Shown: positions 41,133 to 53,000 of the stretch, piece by piece
Numbering within the stretch: position 1 is the stretch's first letter
Layout: each line of letters starts with the position of its first letter
Source: the human T2T-CHM13v2.0 reference genome, Homo sapiens
Assembly (NCBI RefSeq): GCF_009914755.1
Contig: NC_060940.1
Direction: 5' to 3' (one strand)
DNA length: 64,000 nucleotides
Translations under genes and position numbers: made by a program
Notes under the pieces: model-generated
The model's input: the letters and a program-made list of their open reading frames with translations, nothing else
Database searches by the model: none
Told to the model about the DNA's origin: nothing

Positions 41133-41869
41133 ACAAGACCCTATTTTCAAATGAGGTCATATTGTGAGGCACTGGGAGTTAGGGTTTCAAAATATCTTTT
41201 TTGGGGGGAAACATGGTTCAACTCATGACAGCCTGAAGTCTTTATTTACGTGTATCTATCCCATATGGTGTACCATTCTCAATCAGCAGGAGCCATACAT
41301 TGTCTGTTGCTGTAGGATTATAATCAGACTCACTGACTTCACTTCCTATCTCTGCACCATCCAGGCGCGGGACTGCATATGTTTATTGGCCAAACCCAGT
41401 TTTACTTGCTCATCATACATCTGGCTCTGCCCCAACTGGAGCTTGCAAACTGAGGGTTGGGCAGGGGAGGTTTGTTAAGAGGAGACCAGTGCATGTTCCT
41501 AAAAGAAGGGGAGCAGAGGAAAGGTATGCTGAGCAGGTACAACAAAGAAAACACAGAATGCTTCATATGGAAAGTTCTGCCTGAGCAGAACCACAGTTTA
41601 CACTGTGTACCTGCATTTTGTCATGCAGCACAAGCAAGAATAGAGGGAGCTATTCAGCAACTCACAGTCCTTCTTTGTCAAGTTCAGATTGTAAATTCTT
41701 GGAGTATTTAGAGGTGGTGTCACATCTGTTTCTCTCCCTCTGTATAAAGAAAAATAAAATGCCATATTGAATAAGTACCTCATAAAGCCTTTTGCGTTAT
41801 GATGGAGAGACAGCCAGGAAGATGAGAGTGAAAAGTAAACATTTTCCTGCATGGCAAATGGAGGCTTTT

Positions 41870-42345
41870 GAGGGTGCTTGAGATGTTTAAGCTCTTGTCT
41901 TGATCTAGGTGGTGGTTACACAGGGTGGTGTTTGTGTGTGTTTGTCAAACTGTACACTTAAGATTTGTGTGCTTTAACCCCATGGTTGCTAGTGGCTGTA
42001 GGGTGATAATGGGAAGTTATTATTAAGTGAGTGTAGAATTCCAGTTTTGCAAGATAAGAAAAAGTTCTGTGGGTGGATGGTGGTGATGGTTGCCCAACAA
42101 TGTGAATGTACTTAATGCAGCTGAACTATGCATTTAAATTAGTTAAAATATTAAATTCATTGTGTATATATATATACATATATATACGTATATATGTATA
42201 TAGATGTATATATATATACATATATATATACATATATACATATGTATATATGTATATATATATAAAACCACAATTTAAAAAAGACTAGTATACTTTACTA
42301 TATCAATATTATTCCTCAGCCAAAAAGTAAAAGTAAATAAAATGT
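41870..42345 (+). mobile_element. L1M 3'-end fragments with a (TA)n-rich microsatellite (42162-42263)
   Basis: AAAAGTTCTG...GATGGTGGTGATGGTTGCCCAACAATGTGAATGTACTTAATG. Confidence 0.8.
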
Positions 42346-43186
42346 CCCATTCCCATTTGTTTTTGGGAGTCACAAGAAGGGTTGAACTGACCTCTGATTT
42401 CATGCAGCGTGGACAGGCAATTTTAGGGATCTTTACTGCAATATCTCAGCAGATAGCTGAACACTGGCATAAATAGATTATTTCCTCCAATGCCTTGCCT
42501 ATCATTCTGTACCTTCTTCGGCTTCCTAAATCCTAGCAACAAGTAACCTGTCTTTATCCTGGCAGAACGGTCTTCACTATGATTTCAGTGCCAAAGTAAT
42601 GACTGTTTGTACTGAATACATGTAACAGAGCCTCATTCCTTAGGGAATGTGTGTTTTTCCCCTTCATGTTTGTTATAAAGTTTGCAGATCACCATCCCTG
42701 TAGTCACTTAAGCTCTCTGACCTGTTCAGAGATTCCTCAGCAATTTGCTCTCTGGGTATCCTTTTTTCATGGTCCATGTTCTCTTGGGGTACACTCACAA
42801 CTTTATTTTTCTAGCTGCATGCTGCCATTTTGGGATTGGCTGCCATATGAACCCTGGGTGTTAGGGTATGCTTCCCATCACAGATGACATTGAATAGTTC
42901 AACCCTCTCCATCTCTCCTCTTGCAAGGTATCATCATCATTCATTGCGTGGAAGACCACAACAAACTCTTGACTGGCCTTTTCGCTGTCACTTTGCCTCA
43001 AGGCCACAATCCATCCTCAGGACCAAGGGAGCCTTTGAAATAAGTCATTCCCTCCTTGACGTTCGTTAGCAGTTTCTCATTGCTTGTGGAGCAAAACACA
43101 GATAGCACCTTTAGTAACTAAAGCTCTGCATGAACTGGTCTTTACCTCACTTCCCCTCCTCAGCCCTTGCGAGTTGCTGGCCGTAG

Positions 43187-43495
<309 letters not shown>

Positions 43496-44446
43496 CACAC
43501 TGGCCTTATTAACATGCAGAACATGGTAATAGTGTTCATTCTACTAAACCTGTTTGTGTGTTTGTGTCCTAAACTTTAGCTATTATAACTTGGCCACTCC
43601 TCATGGGGGAATCAAAGGGAAGCTGTTCTTGGCTTTAGAGAAATTCACCTCCCAAGGCTAGAAAAATAGAAGCACTCATTTCTCACTAATGATGGGAATG
43701 AGAGTAGTGGGAGTTTTTATATGGAGGACATTATTTATGTACTTTTTAAATTAATTTGTTCATTGACTCAGTACAAATTGATCATCTCACTACACCTGTG
43801 TTGTATATCTCAAGAGTTGGGTAGTCAAGTGATAGTTTTATTATTGTCTATATTTCATAATTATTTATTTTAAATATTTCATAATGAGTAATTTTTTAAA
43901 ATTATACTGATCACCCTGGCCTTGGTAACATGGATGATTTGAACACCTGCCTGGAGAATCCAATAATAGGATTGCTCTTATTGATGAACTAATATGTTTA
44001 ACCATCTTCCTGTTGAGGTCAGTCTTTTTAGTGGCATAAATATTCCTTCCAGGCAGTGGAGTTTGGGATAATGTAGTAGAAATTGCTGGAGTTTCTCCTA
44101 AAGGAGAAGAATCTGTGCTTGCTCCTGTGGCCACAGAGATCACAACTGGAAATGAGCAGCCACGTGGCTGAAAGTGGAAGAAGCGATTGAATTCCTCCCA
44201 TCCTCTCTGGTTCATAGTGATGGTCGGTGGTAACCACCCCAATTTGCAGGATCTGGGAGAACCACTCTGGAGATCACTCCTTGGTATCCTAATTCCCTGT
44301 TATCTATCTTGGTAAACTCCAGCCTTCTGGTTGGATATTTTAGCTACTGCAACATTGAAGACCTATGGTTCAGGATGAATCTACCTTCTCAGGAGCTTCA
44401 GTTGTACAGAATACATTGTCAAGTGATGTCCTGTAAACACATATTA

Positions 44447-44750
<304 letters not shown>

Positions 44751-46974
44751 GAAGGTTTCAGCACTGATTCAGTTGAGTTTATCAAGTCATTTTTCACATT
44801 TCGTTCAGTGTTTAGTAACACAACTGTTTAATGAAGGCTTGCAGACTTTCTTTCATAAAGTTTAAAGTTGTATGCTGATTGCTGTATATAATTAATGTAT
44901 CACAATGGCATTCAATTTCTGTAGCAGATCAGAAGCCACTGAAACAGAGAGGCCACCAGTAGCTTAATCAGTGTTGGTTTCAGGCTATTGCTTTGCAGTT
45001 GATTAATTATTGTGTTGAGTTGATAACTGATAACTGGATTAATTATTTTAAAATAATTTCTCTTGAAGCTTGACAACAAGAGTTGTAAATGTTTCCACTG
45101 TGAAAGCAGCTCTGGACCTACCAGCCTGCTTGTAAATATGGAAAAAAATGGTTTTGAATTGAATATTTGAATATATTTACTTTGTTATTAAAATGATTTA
45201 AAATGGAAGGTTTTGGGAGTGACAATAAATAGAAAATGTCACTCTGCTCATTTCAAGGAACAAGGTTTGAGGAATTGATTGAATCATCAATTTGGTTATG
45301 AGCAGAATTTAAAACATAGAAATAATTTGCTGACACCCCCCGAGGGGACAGTCCACGGAATGTTCCATTCCGTCTGTTTAACCTCTGGACTCCAGAGTAC
45401 AGGGATTGTAACACCTCCCACACTTGATTAATGGGAAACAGCTGTCTCCTGCTTGTGTCACAGTGATAAAATGTTTCTCCATCTTAGGGCGAATCTCATT
45501 CCTTGCAGAGGGACCACATGTTCAAGCAGGTGGGAGAATGAATGGGTGCAAACTGAGCAGAGGCAGGAAGAGCATAACCAGGGGACTCATTTAGGCTCAC
45601 AGAAGCTTAAGATTAAATATAAAAAAACAAGAAATGACACATACCAATCCACTGGTGTATCAGAGGCCATGAAGTATAGCCTGTGTACACCCCTCACCGT
45701 GGATCAAATGGGTTTCTTTGTTGGCTTTCTCAGAGCTTGTAAGAGAACTCAGTCTGCTAACTCAGATGCACAAGAAACAACTTATTACATTATTCATTTT
45801 TAATCAGTTTAATTTTAAATCCAGATTCTTATCCCTATCAGGCAAAATGTTCACTTTCAGCTATTTCACTCCTTTCCCTTTTCCTAGAGATGGGCAAGAG
45901 CCTGGGAGAAGGTAGTGCCCAGAAGGCACCGTGCATGGGTCAGTTGTTAGTGGTTGCCATGGTGACATTTGCTTTCAGGTACACATAGTGCATCTTGGCT
46001 TGGTGGCTCCCTTGGTTCTCTACCATCCTGAGGAATGGTGACTCTGTGGTGAAGCTAGGAACCCTATCACTTAGCATCCTGCCCACCTAGAGGTACCATG
46101 CAGCTGTTTTTTTCCTGGGACCCAGAGCTGTTTGCCCCGCTCACAGTCTTGATACCCTGTGACCTGTTAAAGGCCCTAACACTCTCCTGATCATCTTTCA
46201 GGTCATTTACCCTAATCCCACCCGGGGGCTTCTGATCAAACGTCTGCAAAGCATGGGCAAATAAATGTGTGGGACAGACCTGGTATAATACAATCAAAAT
46301 ATGGAAGGACTGTGGTAAACAGGAGAGCATGATTCAGGTCCAAAGGCATTCAGATGCAATTAAATATAACAGAACACTGTGCTGGTCAAATGGACTATAT
46401 ATGTATATATGTGTGTGTGTGTATAGAGGTATGAACTAATATATATGTATGAAATACATATATACACACACACTTATATGTGAGGGAGTAGTGGAGGAGG
46501 GAAGAAAGAAAAAAATGTGGATAGAAAAAAGCATATTAATATTTGAACAAATAATCTTGCTATGTACACCTCGAAGAGGAAAAAAGAAAATGTGAATTTG
46601 CATGGACCTAGTAATGTCTTACTTAGAGAGATCCATTCTTTCCTTTAGCTGATTTCAGAAGGCCACTTGTGAGAAATAGTGCCCCATGCAGCAATGCCCC
46701 AAAAGAAAGGGGAATGTCAAGGTGCTGCCTCATAACTGACTTCAGTGACTATGTGAGAGGTATAAAGGATTTCAGAGGTGGTGATACATTTCTTCAAATT
46801 GAGCTTCAAAGACCAGAGGCTGATTGGTCTCCTGTGCTCACTTGCCCTAAGTGAAATGAGGTTTCTCCGTAATGTAGAATAGGTGACCTGTAACTCTCAT
46901 TGCAGAAAATGAGCATTGAGTGAATGTAAAATGTACACACAACCATGATGTGTTCATATTCCCCCCTCTCTCAT

Positions 46975-47165
46975 GTCTGTCTGTATCTGGCAATCTTGTC
47001 TGTCTGTCTGTCTTTCTGTCTATCTATCTATCCATCTATCTATCTTCTATCCGTTTGTCCAACCAGCCATTCAGCCATCCATCCATTTGTCCATCCATGC
47101 ATCTATTCATCTATCTATGTATCTGTCTGTCTGTCTGTCCATCCGTCCATCCATCCATGCATCCC
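46975..47165. repeat. Compound (TCTG)n/(TCTA)n/(TCCA)n tetranucleotide repeat
   Basis: Direct reading; source of three spurious ORFs. Confidence 0.95.
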
Positions 47166-47307
47166 ACTAATATGTCAGTGTCTTACTCAGAATGGAAATA
47201 CTGAAGATAAAGTAGGTATTATATTGTAAAAGTTCTATATGAACGCCGTATCTAAAGTTGTGTGTGTGTGTGTGTTTGTGTGTGTACTTACATCTCAGAT
47301 CAAATAA

Positions 47308-47670
47308 AGAGGCTACAAACATAAATGCCTCCAAGGGCCAGGCCTATAAAGGAAAATTGGTTATTCTACTTGCCAAATAACATCTGATTCCATGGATTGA
47401 TGCAAACTAGAGAACTGGAACATGTTTGTCACCTAAAGAGAACAGCTGCCACTCAGCACCGGCTCATGGTTATCACTTTGAAAATGTAGACCTTACCTTG
47501 CTGGATCAGCCAGTACTTCAAAAAAAAATATATATGTGCAAGTTATTTGAAATCTCTTGGTTTTTAAATATTGGCAAATAAGTTATGTTTCAAAAAAGTA
47601 TCGATATATTGGCCAAATGAACTGCACCGTCAGGGTATTTGCTGGCATGGATTTGACCGATTCACCACCA
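47308..47670. mobile_element. MER102-like hAT-Charlie element
   Basis: AAATGCCTCCAAGGGCCAGG...CAGCTGCCACTCAGC...TTTTTAAATATTGGCAA. Confidence 0.65.
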
Positions 47671-47957
47671 CTGCATCCCGGGTGCCTCCACAGAGATAGA
47701 TACAGAGCACGTGTTCAGTAGAATATTTGTGGAATCAATGAATGAACATATGCCTGCAAAATTTTAAAGAGTAGGGTGCTTAGTTATTTTTCCCTAAGTT
47801 TTCCTATCAGAAAGGGCACATTTTGTCCCTGTGCAAATTGAGAATTTGTGGGGATCATGTCCGGAGGTGATCTCTGTCACCGGAAACCATAAGAAAGATG
47901 AATTTTCGGTTTTTTCTTCACTGTAATGACAGAGTGTGTTCAGAACTTCTCCCAAGT

Positions 47958-48068
47958 AGGAGAAAGCAATCAATCCTGGTTTGTTCAGATGGTCCTGGTT
48001 TTAGCACTGAAAATCCTGCATCCCAGGAAACCGTTCTGCCCCATCAAACCAGGATGGTTGGTGATTCG
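47958..48068. mobile_element. MER81-like hAT-Blackjack element
   Basis: TCCTGGTTTG...GTTTTAGCACTGAAAATCCTGCATCCCAGGAAACC...CAAACCAGGATGGTTGGT. Confidence 0.75.
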
Positions 48069-49049
48069 GTTCTTGATGCTCTGTGCTGTGATTCATGGGC
48101 TCTAAAATGTACTAAGCAGATTGGTCAGTGTATGTGCCTGATTGAGAACTTGTCAGTTGAGGGCTGTGTTGTTATTTTCTTACCTCTCTGAGATAGCCAG
48201 CTCTGAGGCTGTCTCCATCACTGCTTGTTTTATGGCATGGCTTGGTGGTGATTCTCTCCATCATGCTTAGCCAGTATGCATCTTGATGGGACTACCTATA
48301 GGCTATTTTAACAGGTTACTCGCCACCCGTCTCATGCTGCCAATGATTCCACAGTTTACCTAATGCTTTTTAATTGTTTAGGTTGACATTTTGCCATGCG
48401 CAGTTGTAGGTAAAAATTTAAATCAACAAGGGGCTCGGTTAAGCAGTTTTCTCTGTGTGCCATGTAAAAATATCACTAATGGTCAAAACTCAGACCTGAG
48501 CAAGAGATAATATTTCCCCCTCTCCCCTTCTGTACATTGTATGTTTTAATATTAATTTCTTCTTTATCCATATATCAATAATTGAACACTGCATCAATTA
48601 ATATGCTGGGCAAATTGCATTCCCCATCCTCTCATTCATGATGTGTTTCAGTAATGGAGATAATTTTCAAGATAAAGCATACAATTTAAAATGGATTAAA
48701 AAGAAAAACTAATAAAGGAAAAGTGATTTATAGAAAAAAATTATGGATACTTTCAGGAAATCTTAGCTGTGCTTCCAAGCCGATGGATTTTGTAAGGAGA
48801 GCCTATTGAAACGATCAAGTTTTATGCCTGCTGCAAAATTTCCTAGGTCTGCGATTGCAAAGAGAGGGAGGGAAGAATGTATACACACACACACACACAC
48901 ACACTTTAAAATTTGGTCTTCTAATGAGGGCGTGTGTATCATCTTCATCCTTAGATTAGGAAGCCACAGATTCATGCTAGCAAGTCTTCTTGAAGCTTTC
49001 CATTTGCTGGGCTTAGTTGGTGGGGCTTGGTTTTTTGCTTTTGATTTGC

Positions 49050-49800
49050 TGAATTGGCACACAGGCTTCTGACGGCCCATCCCCCGGCCCTCCTTCCCTT
49101 TTCCCGGTCCACACCCTGGCTGAGAGCCCTGCACAGAGATGGGCAGGCGGCAGCTGCAGCGATGGGCAGGACCGCAGCCTCTGAGCCCGCAATGACACCG
49201 TGGCGTCGGTAGATGGCTGTAGACAAGTGTGCTGAGCTGTGCGGTGTGAAGAGTAATGAGTCTGGGGAGGCCTTGACCTGACTGGATGCTGCTTTTATCT
49301 GAAGTACATTTAAAGAGATAAAGGGGAAGCCGGGTTGCTGCACATGTTCTTTTCTCTGCGGCTGGAGCTTTACTTTGAGTTTAAAAAAATTCTCAGATGC
49401 TGGCCTCCCAGAGTCACCGGCTCTGTGCAGATGGGCTTGCCTCAAGAGGATCGGCCGCCTTCCTGTAAATTCCACCAGTGGGGCTTCCGTGAATCTCCCA
49501 CCCGCCATCAGGAAATGGTGTAGTGCCTGTCTGTTGATGATCAACACCATCGCTAGTATTATGAATATTGCTAGTATCATCAGTTTTTGTTTTCGCCACT
49601 GTGGCTGGCCGCCTAAAGTGTCTGGATTTGCTCATTAAACAGCCAAACCAAGAATTTGTTACCTAAGCAGGCTTGACAGAAAAGAGAAGAAGGGCAAGAG
49701 TTAGGAAGGGAAAAGAGAGAGAGAGAAGGAGGGAGAGAGGGAGGGAGGGAGGGGGAGAGAGAGGGAGAGAGAGAGAGGCAGCCAGAAGCAAGTCACATCA
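49050..49800 (+). promoter_or_regulatory. Candidate internal promoter (CpG-enriched segment followed by a GA-repeat)
   Basis: About 20 CpGs in about 550 bp (49070-49620) by manual count, well above the window background. A 76-nt purine tract follows. The surroundings are Alu-free and a candidate first-exon donor lies at 50024. Confidence 0.5.
49703..49778. repeat. 76-nt pure purine (GA) tract including the G4 motif GGGAGGGAGGGAGGGGG
   Basis: Direct reading. Confidence 0.95.
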
Positions 49801-50005
49801 CATACAGTGCCACTGAAGGAATGTTATCCTCATAAACTCATAAACAAGCACACCAAATCTTGTGTAAGGAAAGAAGAGGGTCTCTAAGGACTTGACAGGA
49901 AAAGGCAAGATTTTCTACCCACTGCTTTCAGTTTTTCTTCCAGATACTCTTGGTGAAGTAAGGAGACTTCTGTTTGCTGACAGAGCCCTTGATTTCTCTT
50001 TCAAG

Positions 50006-50023
50006 ATGATGATGTATTTGTGG
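50006..50023 (+). CDS. RBFOX1: Candidate alternative RBFOX1 N-terminal coding segment MMMYLW
   Basis: AAG ATG ATG ATG TAT TTG TGG|GTAGGT: triple ATG with a purine at -3, and a phase-0 donor with the same GTAGGT hexamer as the known exon. It sits downstream of a promoter-like region. Confidence 0.55.
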
Positions 50024-50033
50024 GTAGGTAGTG

Positions 50034-50090
50034 TCTCTTCCTCTGTCTCTCTTTCTCTTTCTCTCTCTCTCTCGCTCTCTCTTTCTCTCT
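50034..50090. repeat. (CT)n-rich pyrimidine tract
   Basis: Direct reading. Confidence 0.95.
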
Positions 50091-53000
50091 GATTAATAAA
50101 TTGACTTTGGGGATAAAGATTGCAGCCCAGAGTAATCGCATTTTGTGTAAGGTGATTATACTTGTGGCAGAATAATCTTGCACTGGTATAGTACATGTGC
50201 TCGCATTTCCAGTGGGAGTTCAGGCAAGACCTGGTTCATTAGCATTAAGCTGCAATTTTATTTTCAGTTGCAAAAAGGAATGACAAAAAAATGTGTATGT
50301 GTATGGGGTTTGGGGGGATGTACGGTTTTCTGTTTTTTGAAAACATTGATGGTGGTGAATTCAGAAAAAAGGTCTAGGGAAGTCGGGTTAGACATGAAGC
50401 AAATCCTACATCACTTGTAGCTGTGAGGTATTTCATTTAATTACCAAGAATGAACTGCTCTGAGTAGTGATGGCTTTGTTTATTTGTTTTGTTTTTGTTT
50501 CTGTTTCTCTCTCACAAGTGACTACTTATTTGTCATTTTGGGGTTGAGTGCTGTAGAGGAGAGTAGCGTCTTTCATTTGCTTTAACCAGATGTGTGTCCG
50601 TATGTGTGTATGTGAGAGTATATTTTACAAGATTGGTCTTGAAAAAGGTAGATTTACATGCACTTATTCTGGCTTTCTGATAAATACTCTGTAGTTGTTT
50701 TTTGTTGTTTTTTTTTTCTGGAGATCGTATTAAAATAAGAGCAATGAAGTGGTAACCCGTAGTTATGAATTACAATATTTAACTCTTGAAGCAAGAAAAA
50801 AATAGTAATCTAGCATGAATGGTTTAGAAAAAATTACTTATTATGTTTTGGGAGACAAATATATATCCTAGTGGAGTTTAGCCAATAAAGAGCATGTGTG
50901 AATTTCTTATGCCAGTAACCAAAGTCCTTGCTCTGTGATTTCAGGTTTAGAGCAGGTGTTCCCTGCTTTGCCAAGGGAGGGAGGCGTTTTCGAGGTTCAA
51001 CTCAACCTCTGTCTTTCATCAGCATCATCATCACTGTTGTTTTTCGTTGCTCGGCAGGCTTAGAAAATCCTCTTTATCCGCTTCCCTCCAGTCCCTGCTC
51101 TGGTTCAACTCAGATCTATGAACTCTCTTTGCTGTAAAGGAAGAAGGCCTTTTTGTTGAATTCTTTGTTAATCACATTGGTTCTTTGACCTCTGCTGGTC
51201 TCTAGGTCTGCCTTGCCCCTCAGTGAGCCTTGTCATTTACACCCTTGCCCCCTTTCTTTGGGACATTTTCCTTTGTAGCGACTTTAGCTCCATTTCCACC
51301 CGGTTTAGTTTTGCACAATTTAGTACAATGAATTCCGGCAGCTGGAGACAGAGTTTATTATTATTTTGTCTTCATTTCAGGGCAAGTTTTCTCTTCGAGC
51401 TTGCGTATCACGAAAGAGGTATTTTGAAATATAAAATCACTAGTTAAAACTGCATGAACTTAATAGAGAGTTCTATCTAACAACACTGAATTCTCATAAC
51501 ATTTATTTTTGACAGTGGAGGTTGAAGCAATTAAAATTTTGAATGTTTACAAATGCTGATTTTTAAGCATTAAAAAAAAGTAGTCACGTGGGATTGTCGC
51601 CTCAATAATTAAGGAAAAAACTATACTAGCATTTCATGGAAAGGAGCCTTTTTGGCTTTTATTTTGTGAACAGATTCTGGTTAATTATAAACAAATATCA
51701 ATAATTCCTTTAGGCTGTGGTGAGTTGGTTGCTAGTCACACTCTTTCTCTGAGTTGTTAAGTAGTGTCTGTGATATTATTTATGAAGTTTGTTAGCTCTT
51801 ACATATGTACATATTTGCAACTCAAAGCAGAGGAAAAATGATGCGTGTCCCAGACCCCCTTCCACATCCGAAAAACTTGCTGATTTGTTTCCTAGTAATT
51901 AATCTTGACTTAAAAGCAGCATCCCTCAATTTCTATTTTCTTCTCTCAGACCAATGCATTTTAGGGCTACATGGCTTTATTAACTGCATTTATCACATTG
52001 AAAAATGGGCACTACCTTCCTTTCCTGTGCTCAAGTATTCTATTTACATCTTTAATTCAGATTTTTTTTCTGCATTCAAAAAAAAAAATGGCAGAGACTT
52101 TAAATTGGAACAGCTGGATGCAGGCTGTTTAAGGAGATATGAATTAGCAAGCTAGCATTAACACTGTGAGGTTGGAGGGGTTTTCCATTCTTTTCTTCTT
52201 CTTCTTTTTTAATGCAGAGGTTCTGCTCTTGCCTTCTAGTCTGTAAATAAAGATAGTCTAAATGTGGTTGATATCTCTGTTTAAGAGCTCATCTTGCTTT
52301 AGGAAAATGAGCCTCAGCTACATTGATGTGTGAAAATAGTGGTTGCTACTGTCTCATGGATATAAAAGTGAAAATGAAGAGACAAGGAGAGACAATAAAA
52401 TAGAATCCATATTCAGTTTACTCCTGTCATTGTTTCTTAAATTTGTAAAGTAACCTCTTTATATGCACCTATCTGTGTTAATAGCACACGATTTCAGTAT
52501 GTTTTTACTAAGATGGAAAACTTTTTGCTGGGGGGAGGTGTGGGGTAGATGGTATAGTCTCCCTTCTCTAGACTGACTTTGTCATTTTAGTCTATAAGGA
52601 TGGTCCTGTGTATTTGAAAGGTAAAGAAATGCTTTGGAATCGTATCAATTAAAAATAGTGTGGCCCCATTAAGCCAGTCCAATTAAATAGTTACAGATGC
52701 TTAATATGTCCATCATTTGGTGTCATCTCAGATTTATACATTTTTTTCCCTTAAATTTCTTTAAGAAGGTTTTCCTATCAAAAATAAATTTTGTAGTTTT
52801 CGTTGTATTTTATTTTCCCTGAGTGAGTACAGGTTGCTGTACAGGGGAAAGAAAGTTGAGTTCTCTGCAACCATTGGCTGACTTCCGGGCGGTTTTGATT
52901 CACCAAACTTGGCCACGGTAGGAGGGGGAAACAGCCTTCCCTACGGACTTCTTGGAAAAGCAGGGAAGTCACTTTTACTGAGGATGTGATCTGAGCTGAG

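Noticed and set aside
43865-44242. 125-aa minus-strand ORF
   Set aside because: It lacks an ATG at the annotated start, has no recognisable homology, and has no promoter or splice support.
46920-47229. Three overlapping ORFs rich in LSIY/PSIH
   Set aside because: Products of the tetranucleotide repeat.
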